Positions 26,222 to 32,000 of a DNA stretch of 32,000 bases are shown here, one piece after another (positions within the stretch are counted from its first letter, which is position 1; the number at the start of each line of letters is the position of its first letter). The stretch spans positions 15,720-47,719 of the forward strand of contig CAKUIA010000019.1 in assembly GCA_934660865.1 (NCBI GenBank). The letters run 5' to 3'. The DNA is from an uncultured Opitutales bacterium (GTDB lineage: Bacteria; Verrucomicrobiota; Verrucomicrobiia; Opitutales; Intestinicryptomonadaceae). A program made the position numbers and the translations under genes. The notes under the pieces are model-generated. The model did no database searches. It was not told the DNA's origin and saw nothing but the letters and a program-made list of their open reading frames with translations.

Positions 26222-26647
26222 TTAGAAATTAAAGGGCTGTGGGTTTTGAGCCGCATGCGGATGTTCGGCACCTGCATATACATGCAGTTTTGTGAGCATT
26301 GCGCTTGCAAGCTTGTTGTTGGGCATCATGCCTTCTACGGCGTGCTTGATGAGGAAGGCGGGATTCTTTGCACGATAGTCCGACAATTTAACGTAGCGTT
26401 CGCCGTTTACATAGCCGGTATAGTGCATGTATTCTTTTCTGTCTTCCTTTTTGCCTGTGACGCGAATTTTCTCGGCGTTAATGACGATAACATGATCGCC
26501 GTTGTCCATATTGGGCGTATAAACCGCCTTGTGACGGCCGCGCAAAACATTGGCGATTTTAACCGCCAGGCGACCGAGCACCTGATCTGCCGCGTCAACG
26601 ACATACCACTGCTTATCTTTTTGTACTTTTGCTATTGTAGTTTTCAT
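26222..26647 (-). CDS. rplM: 50S ribosomal protein L13
   Basis: Read from the ATG at 26647: MKTTIAKVQKDKQWYVVDAADQVLGRLAVKIANVLRGRHKAVYTP... The track ORF starts 7 codons further upstream. Confidence 0.97.
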   Translation of the reverse strand: MKTTIAKVQKDKQWYVVDAADQVLGRLAVKIANVLRGRHKAVYTPNMDNGDHVIVINAEKIRVTGKKEDRKEYMHYTGYVNGERYVKLSDYRAKNPAFLIKHAVEGMMPNNKLASAMLTKLHVYAGAEHPHAAQNPQPFNF

Positions 26648-26666
26648 TATTGTAAGAAAAACAACC

Positions 26667-26713
26667 AATTTACCCTAAACGGGGCTTTCGTCAACATTTT
26701 TTTTCGAAAGGCG
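26667..26713 (-). promoter_or_regulatory. Putative sigma70-type promoter of rplM-rpsI with an A-tract UP-like element
   Basis: Minus strand reads CGCCTTTCGAAAAAAAATG-TTGACG-AAAGCCCCGTTTAGGG-TAAATT. The -35 is at 26689-26694, and the -10 at 26667-26672 with a 16-nt spacer. Only 19 nt separate the -10 from the ATG, and no Shine-Dalgarno is visible. Confidence 0.55.
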
Positions 26714-26866
26714 AAAATTTTGCGCCCGAAAAAGAAAATCGCCGGGAACGCTAAAAATGCAGGCGGTAAAATTTCTATTTTTGCAAAAATGTTTCCGCTA
26801 CGCATATTTTTTGCTTGTAAAGGGGCTTTTTTGCCGATTGCATTTACTGTATATTTATCTACCTAT

Positions 26867-27289
26867 ATGAAGCGTATTTTAACCCATATTATTTTTACAC
26901 TTTCACTTTTTGCGCTAAACGCCTGCACAACGGGCACTCCCTACGTAAGCGGAACAAAGTGGCAGCCCGTATATATTGCCGACTGCCACAAGGAATTTGT
27001 TGCCGAAAACGGCGGCAAAACACCCTTTATAGAATTTAGCGGGCAAAACCGCGCAAACGGAATGTCGGGCGTAAACTTGTTCAGCTGCGAATTTGTGATA
27101 GAAAACGGCGGCAGGCTGGGCGTAGGCAACATTGCCTCTACCAGAATGATGGGCCCGAATATGGAATACGAACGCGCGTTTCTTACCGCACTTTCGAAAA
27201 GCATGATATTGGACAAAAAAAGCAACGGCGAGCTTTGGCTTTTAAACTCGAAAGGCGTTCCGCTAATGAAGCTAAAGCAGTTAAATTAG
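26867..27289 (+). CDS. META-domain (HslJ-like) lipoprotein
   Basis: 140 aa from the ATG at 26867. The signal peptide has a lipobox-like LFALNAC. The motif WQPVYI...FSGQNRANGMSGVNLFSCEF...GRLGVGNIASTRMMGP..EYERAFLTAL is typical of a META domain. The 347-aa track ORF (from 26246) is this gene fused in frame to antisense rplM sequence. Confidence 0.75.
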   Translation: MKRILTHIIFTLSLFALNACTTGTPYVSGTKWQPVYIADCHKEFVAENGGKTPFIEFSGQNRANGMSGVNLFSCEFVIENGGRLGVGNIASTRMMGPNMEYERAFLTALSKSMILDKKSNGELWLLNSKGVPLMKLKQLN

Positions 27290-27373
27290 CTTTCGCCGAA
27301 AAAAAGTGTTGCAAAACCCGTCGAAATGCGAAATCCTTAGCCTCTTATACTAAACAATAGGAGTTTTATCACC

Positions 27374-27583
27374 GTGAGAGAAGATTATCTTAGACAAGCC
27401 CAACAGTTAATACAAGACCCCAACATCTTGGTAAACGTGGTGTCCAGAAGAGTAAAACAGCTGAGAAACGGCAGAAAGCCTCTCATCGAATCGCTCGAAA
27501 CCCTATCGCCCGAAGACATCGCCCTCCGCGAAATAATCGAGCACAAAATAACCTGGACACTCTATAGCGGCGAGAACAAATAA
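27374..27583 (+). CDS. rpoZ: DNA-directed RNA polymerase subunit omega
   Basis: 69-aa ORF with a GTG start 10 nt after an AGGAG Shine-Dalgarno. ILVNVVSRRVKQLRNG and DIALREIIEHKI match conserved RpoZ helices. Confidence 0.8.
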   Translation: MREDYLRQAQQLIQDPNILVNVVSRRVKQLRNGRKPLIESLETLSPEDIALREIIEHKITWTLYSGENK

Positions 27584-27605
27584 CCCTTATGGTTTTACCG
27601 AAAAG

Positions 27606-27632
27606 GCGCAGGGTTAAATCTGCGCTTTTTTT
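27606..27632 (+). terminator. Rho-independent terminator after rpoZ
   Basis: Stem GCGCAG / CTGCGC with an 8-nt loop, followed by TTTTTTT. Confidence 0.8.
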
Positions 27633-27663
27633 ATCTTCAAACACATAAAATTTGCGCTAAACA

Positions 27664-28137
27664 ATGGCAAAAAAGGAAAGCAACGCCCCAAAAGTTTTGG
27701 AAATACAAAACAAGAAAGCCTCGCACGACTATTTTATAGGCGAAACTTTCGAGGCGGGCATTGTGCTTAGGGGAACCGAAATTAAAAGCATAAGGCAGGG
27801 CAAAGCCCAGATAAAAGACGCCTTTGTGCGCATAGAAAAAAACGAGGCGATTTTATACAACGCCCATATTAGCGAATACGACTTCGGCAACATAAACAAC
27901 CACGTTCCCGTTCACCCGCGCAAACTTTTGCTGCACAAAAAGCAGATTTTAAAGATAAAGGGCAAAATAGAGGCCGAGCACCTGGCGGTTGTTCCCCTTA
28001 AAATGTATATGAAAAAGGGCTTTGTCAAGTTGCTGATTGCCGTTTGCAAGGGCAAAAAACTTTTCGACAAGCGCGATTCGCTGCGCAAGGAACAGGCATG
28101 GAAGGAAGCCAAACGCGAGCTTAGCTGGCGCAAGTAA
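27664..28137 (+). CDS. smpB: SsrA-binding protein SmpB
   Basis: 157-aa ORF with NKKASHDYFIGETFEAGIVLRGTEIKSIR and HPRKLLLHKKQI, plus a basic C-terminal tail. Confidence 0.95.
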   Translation: MAKKESNAPKVLEIQNKKASHDYFIGETFEAGIVLRGTEIKSIRQGKAQIKDAFVRIEKNEAILYNAHISEYDFGNINNHVPVHPRKLLLHKKQILKIKGKIEAEHLAVVPLKMYMKKGFVKLLIAVCKGKKLFDKRDSLRKEQAWKEAKRELSWRK

Positions 28138-28141
28138 ATTT

Positions 28142-28633
28142 ATGAAAAACCCCAACCCTCCCCTGCATATTGTGTTGCACAACCCGCAAATTCCGCAAAA
28201 TACGGGCAATATAGGCAGAATGTGCTCTATGCTTAAAGCGCATTTGCACCTAATACACCCCTTGGGCTTTACAATTACCGACACAAAATTAAAGCGCGCG
28301 GGAATGGACTATTGGAAAGAGCTGGACGTTTTCGACCACAACTCGTGGCAGGAATATAAGGCGTCGGCGAATGTGCCGCCGCTTTCCAGAACCTGGCTGC
28401 TTACAACAAAGGCCGAAATGTCGCTATGGGAGGCCGACTTTCAGTTTGGCGACGCCCTTGTTTTCGGCTCGGAAGACAGGGGCGCACCCGACTATCTGCA
28501 CGAAGAGCTAAAACCGCGCCGCATAAAAATCCCGCAGTTTAACTCATTGTTGCGCTCGCTTAATTTGTCTACAAGCGCGGGCATTGCGGCCTACGAGGCA
28601 ATGCGACAAATTCAGCTGAAACTTAAAAAATAA
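28142..28633 (+). CDS. trmL: tRNA (cytidine/uridine(34)-2'-O)-methyltransferase TrmL (SpoU/TrmH family, YibK-like)
   Basis: 163 aa from the ATG at 28142. LHIVLHNPQIPQNTGNIGRMC, LVFGSEDRGAP, and IPQ..LRSLNLSTSAGIAAYEAMRQ (SPOUT knot motifs) are present. The track ORF start at 28037 overlaps smpB. Confidence 0.9.
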   Translation: MKNPNPPLHIVLHNPQIPQNTGNIGRMCSMLKAHLHLIHPLGFTITDTKLKRAGMDYWKELDVFDHNSWQEYKASANVPPLSRTWLLTTKAEMSLWEADFQFGDALVFGSEDRGAPDYLHEELKPRRIKIPQFNSLLRSLNLSTSAGIAAYEAMRQIQLKLKK

Positions 28634-28646
28634 AAATATTTTCGTA

Positions 28647-28675
28647 TTGACAAAAGCAAGCCAATGCACTTTAGT
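28647..28675 (+). promoter_or_regulatory. Putative promoter of tRNA-Leu
   Basis: TTGACA (28647-28652), a 17-nt spacer beginning AAAGC, then TTTAGT. This lies about 18 nt before the mature tRNA 5' end. The -10 is weak. Confidence 0.4.
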
Positions 28676-28692
28676 TTAGCCTTTAAATAAAT

Positions 28693-28775
28693 GCTCGGGT
28701 GGCGGAATGGTAGACGCAGTAGACTCAAAATCTTCCGACTTTATGGTCATAAGGGTTCAAGTCCCTTCCCGAGTA
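28693..28775 (+). tRNA. tRNA-Leu (anticodon CAA), class II with a long variable arm; CCA not encoded
   Basis: Folded by hand. Acceptor GCTCGGG / CCCGAGT has G1-U72. The D arm is GCG-GAATGGTAGA-CGC. The anticodon stem GTAGA / TCTTC has one U-U mismatch and the loop is CT-CAA-AA. The variable arm is 16 nt, the T arm is AAGGG-TTCAAGT-CCCTT, and the discriminator is A. Confidence 0.9.
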
Positions 28776-28780
28776 CTTTA

Positions 28781-28814
28781 AAAAACCGATGTGAGTTTCA
28801 CATCGGTTTTTTTG
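28781..28814. terminator. Bidirectional rho-independent terminator between tRNA-Leu and the convergent ORFan A
   Basis: A 9-bp perfect stem CCGATGTGA / TCACATCGG with a 3-nt loop. It is flanked by A6 upstream and T7 downstream. Confidence 0.85.
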
Positions 28815-28944
28815 TGTTTACAGACATTGCATTTCAAGCCCTTATGGGGTAGTTGCCGCCAAGCGCGGCTTTAGGGCTTGTTTTGCTTGCTTTTATAAAC
28901 CGCGGCATTGCGCCGACAATGTTTCCATTTATATCGGCTGCCGC

Positions 28945-29694
28945 TTAATTCGACGAAAAGTCGGGAACAAGACTGTCGAACGAAACATTCTTTAAAAATT
29001 CCAAAGAATCTACTTTTACAACCGTTTTAAACCCCTTCTTTTCGGCATACATAAATATACGGCGCTGGAAAGACACCGGAGCGCAAATGCCCAACCCTTC
29101 CACCTTCACTGTGTCTTTAGAATAATCGAAAATAATATCCGACTGTTTTTTGCCGCCGCCAATACCATAGTTCGACGCAGAAAAGCGCACGGGCACGGGG
29201 TTTCCATAACGAAGCGATACCACAGCTTCGATTTTATCGGTTTCGGTTGTGGCGGTTAACGACAACATGTCGGCCTGCCGCTTTTTTTCTATTATGGGAA
29301 ATTTAAAACTGCCATCAATGGCGTCTAAAACGCTTATATTTTTTAATCCCGTAAAGAATGTTATATAGTCCGCAAAAAGCAATTTACCGAGGTAGAAATC
29401 TTCCAACGGGTAAATTGTAGAGTTTTCCAAAGGGCGCGCTATAAGCATATTGTTGTTTTCGATTCTGCCGTCGGAATTCTGCGTTTTATATCTAAATTCC
29501 TTTAGCGTTTTGCCGTCGTATACAAAATCTACTTTCTGTATCATTTTGGCGTTTTTGCCGCCGCCTGCCATACTCATTTGCAACGGATTAAATTTTATAA
29601 TAAACTTGTTGTCCGAAAGCGAAAAATACGATTCTACCTGCGAAACATTCGGAGTTTCGGCGGGAGTGCCGTCTATGTCGAAAATATCATACAT
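28945..29694 (-). CDS. Hypothetical protein A (249 aa, no signal peptide, beta-rich), ORFan
   Basis: Complete ORF in the AT-rich block. The ATG at 29694 is the only start possible because an in-frame TGA lies 14 codons upstream. It has a weak AAGGG Shine-Dalgarno and its own copy of the conserved upstream element. No catalytic or family motif recognised. Confidence 0.6.
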   Translation of the reverse strand: MYDIFDIDGTPAETPNVSQVESYFSLSDNKFIIKFNPLQMSMAGGGKNAKMIQKVDFVYDGKTLKEFRYKTQNSDGRIENNNMLIARPLENSTIYPLEDFYLGKLLFADYITFFTGLKNISVLDAIDGSFKFPIIEKKRQADMLSLTATTETDKIEAVVSLRYGNPVPVRFSASNYGIGGGKKQSDIIFDYSKDTVKVEGLGICAPVSFQRRIFMYAEKKGFKTVVKVDSLEFLKNVSFDSLVPDFSSN

Positions 29695-29730
29695 TTCAAC
29701 TGTGCCCTTAAATTTTATTATGCCAAAATT

Positions 29731-29772
29731 CGGTCAAGATTTTTGTGATACTTTTCGCTTTGCAAAATTGCC
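29731..29772 (-). repeat. Conserved upstream element, copy 1 (36 nt upstream of the ORFan A start)
   Basis: The plus-strand core CGGTCAAGATTTTTGTGATACTTTT (29731-29755) is identical to 31835-31859. The flank CGCTTTGCAAAATTGCC matches copy 2 at 14/17 positions plus a 1-nt indel. In gene orientation it reads TTGCAAAGCGAAAAGTATCACAAAAATCTTGACCG. Confidence 0.85.
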
Positions 29773-29805
29773 GCGCATACAGATTGTGCGTGTTAAAGAA
29801 TATTT

Positions 29806-30804
29806 CTATTTGGTTGTATGCGAGCCTGCCGGCATTTGTATTCCATATAATTTTGCACTGTTTTCCGAACTAATTGTTTTTAAAGCGTTTAAATCAACCT
29901 TGCTGCGTTTGGTTGAAATTTCATATGTAATCAAAGCGCCTTGCTTATTGAATATATTGGAAAACATTACCGAAAATTCCACACTCTTTATTTGCGACCA
30001 ATCTAGATTCTCCCTTTTCATAATCAATACAACATTGGAGAATATGGATTTTGCAAGATAATCCGACTCCCCCAAAATATCGCCGTCTTTATATATTCGC
30101 TCTCTATCGGGTCTATCGCACACCGAAAAGGCGCTGCCACCGTAGTAATATTGCCCGTTTGCCGTAATGCAAATATTTGTTGTAAAATCGCAACACAAAG
30201 ATGTTTGGTTGAATGTAAGAAGCTTCTTTTTGCTTTTGTTTATAAGTTTTATTTCTATTGCAAATTTATCTTTTTTTAAAGGTTGCATTTGCAAACTTAT
30301 GCCGCGAAATTCGTCGAACATATCGGTTTTGCCGGCAAACATATCGCTTTGGTAGTTTTCACCGTCGCGTTTTTTGCAAATTTTAAACACTAAATTGCCG
30401 TCTTTATCAATTAGCCTATACGATATACTGTTGCCGAGTTCGTTTATTTTAATTTGTTCATTTTCGGCAACTATTGTCCAGTTATTGCCGTGTTTTTGTT
30501 TTTCAAAAAACTCGGTTTTACCGTTCGGCAAATGTTTCATTGCATACACCAAGGTTCCGTTAAGCGTCTTTTTTGCCAATTCCCCTTTTTCGTTGTAGAA
30601 ATATTCTTTTACATTGCACTTAGAATCTACAATTTTTACTACGTCGTTTCGGTTGCGCTTTATTGCATAAGAACACGGTATAGCAAACTCGCCGGGAAAA
30701 GCGCAGTTTGCACCAAGCAACACTGAAAAAAGAAAAAAACGTTTTATACAAAAATTTATTTTTTTCAAATCCGCCAAAAGGTTGTTATTTCTTTGTGTTG
30801 GCAT
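29806..30804 (-). CDS. Hypothetical exported Cys-rich protein B (about 320-335 aa), ORFan
   Basis: Complete ORF. Candidate starts are TTG 30813 and ATG 30804 (both overlap the 3' end of gene C), or TTG 30768, which gives MKKINFCIKRFFLFSVLLGANC..., a signal-peptide-like N-terminus. It has nine Cys residues. The N-terminal half has YFYNEKGEL / LPNGKTEFF / IDKDGNLVF beta-hairpin-like repeats. The C-terminal half looks like a beta-sandwich (FAIEIKLINKSKKKLLTFNQ). Confidence 0.6.
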   Translation of the reverse strand: MPTQRNNNLLADLKKINFCIKRFFLFSVLLGANCAFPGEFAIPCSYAIKRNRNDVVKIVDSKCNVKEYFYNEKGELAKKTLNGTLVYAMKHLPNGKTEFFEKQKHGNNWTIVAENEQIKINELGNSISYRLIDKDGNLVFKICKKRDGENYQSDMFAGKTDMFDEFRGISLQMQPLKKDKFAIEIKLINKSKKKLLTFNQTSLCCDFTTNICITANGQYYYGGSAFSVCDRPDRERIYKDGDILGESDYLAKSIFSNVVLIMKRENLDWSQIKSVEFSVMFSNIFNKQGALITYEISTKRSKVDLNALKTISSENSAKLYGIQMPAGSHTTK

Positions 30805-31786
30805 TTTTTTCAAGCTTATCCAAAAAATCGCCTACAACAAACGATTTGCCCTGTATCGAATCGCTTATTCTTGTGCCCTTTTCTATATTTACGGCAAACT
30901 CCTTTTTTATCGCTTCGCCGTCTGTCAAATACTCTACAATTTCAAGTTTCTCACAAGACGTCTTTATTTGCTCGTATTCAGCCGAGCCACTGCTTGGGTT
31001 TTTATAGGCAAAATATCTGTTTATTTCAATTTGGCGCGGAATTTCAACTTCGCCTATTTTTGCGTAATCCAAATATTTTATTTCGCATTCTACGGGCATT
31101 GTGTCTACAACCATGCCGCCCTTCTCCAAACTTTTATTTAGCCGCAACGAACTAATTTTGCCGTCTTTTATGCAAATATTGTAGTTTTCGAATACGTCTT
31201 TGCCATTAAAACTATGGGTATGCACCTTTAAGAGTGCATTTATAGTATCGCCGTTTTTTGTTAACGAAAGTTTGCCGTTTTTAAGCAAATCCCTAAATCC
31301 TACCCATGTGCTAAGTTGGGGGAATACCGGAATGCTTGTTAAATACTGCGTAAAAATTGGCTCGTCTAGCGTATACGAAAATGCCTCTACAGTTGCATAT
31401 TTTAAATTCTTATAAAGATATAGCGATTTCTTGCCGTCGGTATAATAGAAAATTTCGCTTTCCCTCTTAGAATCCTGCGGCAATGCGCGCTTTAAATTTA
31501 AAACGCGTTCGCTACCGTTCGAAGCATAAGTTGCAACACATTCGCTTTGCCTTAGTTTGGTTGGGTGTGCAAGCTCTTGCGCTATCGCGGCCTTGTCTAC
31601 CTTTGCAATTTCCAATATTTTTGCTTTGTTAAATTCCTGCAGTTGTATTTTATATTTTACCGCAAGCGGAAGCGTATCCAACGCCGCCCACTTGCCGAGC
31701 AAATTAGATATTTCCTGCGAATGAGCCATTGCACAGGCAAACATAAACATAACAAAAAAGTTTACACGCGTAAACCCAACTACCAT
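30785..31786 (-). CDS. Hypothetical secreted protein C (333 aa), ORFan
   Basis: Complete ORF with a GGAAAGGAAAG Shine-Dalgarno 5 nt upstream of the ATG. A Sec signal peptide is present (MVVGFTRVNFFVMFMFACAMA-HSQ). An N-terminal helix is followed by a long beta-rich region. It is preceded by copy 2 of the conserved element. Confidence 0.68.
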   Translation of the reverse strand: MVVGFTRVNFFVMFMFACAMAHSQEISNLLGKWAALDTLPLAVKYKIQLQEFNKAKILEIAKVDKAAIAQELAHPTKLRQSECVATYASNGSERVLNLKRALPQDSKRESEIFYYTDGKKSLYLYKNLKYATVEAFSYTLDEPIFTQYLTSIPVFPQLSTWVGFRDLLKNGKLSLTKNGDTINALLKVHTHSFNGKDVFENYNICIKDGKISSLRLNKSLEKGGMVVDTMPVECEIKYLDYAKIGEVEIPRQIEINRYFAYKNPSSGSAEYEQIKTSCEKLEIVEYLTDGEAIKKEFAVNIEKGTRISDSIQGKSFVVGDFLDKLEKNANTKK

Positions 31787-31834
31787 AGCACTTTCCTTTC
31801 CTAACTGGTATAGGAATAAGTTTTAGGCATAATA

Positions 31835-31877
31835 CGGTCAAGATTTTTGTGATACTTTTATGCTTTGCAAGATTACC
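31835..31877 (-). repeat. Conserved upstream element, copy 2 (48 nt upstream of the ORFan C start)
   Basis: Core 31835-31859 is 25/25 identical to 29731-29755. The flank reads ATGCTTTGCAAGATTACC. In gene orientation it reads TTGCAAAGCATAAAAGTATCACAAAAATCTTGACCG. Confidence 0.85.
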
Positions 31878-31905
31878 AAAAATAAAGTTGCCGTTATTGG
31901 CGTTT

Positions 31906-31944
31906 TTGCAAAAGAAATGCCTTTTACCCGCAAGGATAAAAGGC
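31906..31944 (-). terminator. Possible weak terminator for a minus-strand gene lying beyond the right edge
   Basis: An 8-bp stem GCCTTTTA / TAAAAGGC (31919-31926 / 31937-31944) with a 10-nt loop. On the minus strand it is followed by ATTTCTTTTGC. The stem is AT-rich, so it is weak. Confidence 0.35.
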
Positions 31945-32000
31945 ACGATGGTGTACTATTATAAAACTTTGGGGTCGGCGTTGGGAGTTCTGAACATTTA

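Noticed and set aside
26246-26866. The N-terminal 207 codons of the 347-aa plus-strand ORF 26246-27289
   Set aside because: This part is antisense to rplM and crosses the divergent promoter region. Only the last 140 codons, from the ATG at 26867, form a coherent signal peptide plus META domain.
27584-28700. tmRNA (ssrA) expected near smpB
   Set aside because: The only structured RNA here folds as a class II tRNA-Leu. There is no tRNA-Ala-like acceptor with a tag reading frame, and no room for a ~350-nt tmRNA.
28815-28944. Nested hairpins between the tRNA terminator and the ORFan A stop (AAGCCCT...AGGGCTT around GCCGC-CAA-GCGGC; on the minus strand GCGGCA-GCCGA...TCGGC-gcaa-TGCCGC), considered as an att site or small RNA
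   Set aside because: There is no repeat of the tRNA 3' end, no partner copy in the window and only a weak U-tract. It could be the A terminator or an island boundary, but neither can be shown from this window.
29734-29808. A 23-codon in-frame extension after the TAG stop of ORFan B, ending (..KRKVSQKS) in the TGA inside the conserved element. A frame open from the right edge ends with the same ..KVSQKS in copy 2. I considered stop-codon read-through or a conserved coding 3' end.
   Set aside because: The 1-nt indel within the repeat puts the upstream conserved nucleotides in different frames in the two copies. Conservation is therefore at the DNA/RNA level, not the protein level. There is no evidence for TAG recoding.
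31704-31946. An 80-aa minus-strand ORF (GTG start) spanning the conserved element and the 5' end of gene C
   Set aside because: It is out of frame with the well-supported, signal-peptide-bearing gene C. It is Cys/Phe-rich nonsense composition that runs across the regulatory repeat.

Overview
This is a 32-kb bacterial chromosomal window, about 50% GC by eye and almost fully coding. The organism is of Gram-negative type (TonB/ExbB/ExbD system, lipoproteins); I cannot place it taxonomically from sequence alone. Positions 1-28.8 kb hold conserved core genes:
- a secreted CE7 esterase plus GH28 polygalacturonase pair (the GH28 is truncated at the left edge and absent from the ORF track)
- an MFS exporter
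- a tight panD / class-V aminotransferase / topoisomerase III cluster
- a five-gene same-strand block: U32 Fe-S protein, NfeD, flotillin FloA, a membrane coiled-coil ORFan and RecQ
- a TauE-family transporter, a hexapeptide-repeat acyltransferase and ElbB
- tonB-exbD-exbB
- a translationally coupled acyP / ABC ATPase / ABC-2 permease / TPR operon
- single-chain purL, rplM-rpsI, a META lipoprotein, and rpoZ, smpB, trmL and tRNA-Leu(CAA)

The only clearly accessory part is the last ~3 kb (about 28.9-32.0 kb). It is visibly AT-richer and lies directly behind the tRNA-Leu. It carries three minus-strand ORFans, two predicted to be exported and one cytoplasmic. They form two transcription units, each preceded by the same ~43-nt upstream element with a 25/25 identical core. 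This is my best candidate for an undescribed module, but I cannot assign it a function and it may continue past the window edge.

I found no CRISPR array, rRNA, transposase or integrase in the window. All homology statements rest on motif recognition by eye; no database search was run.
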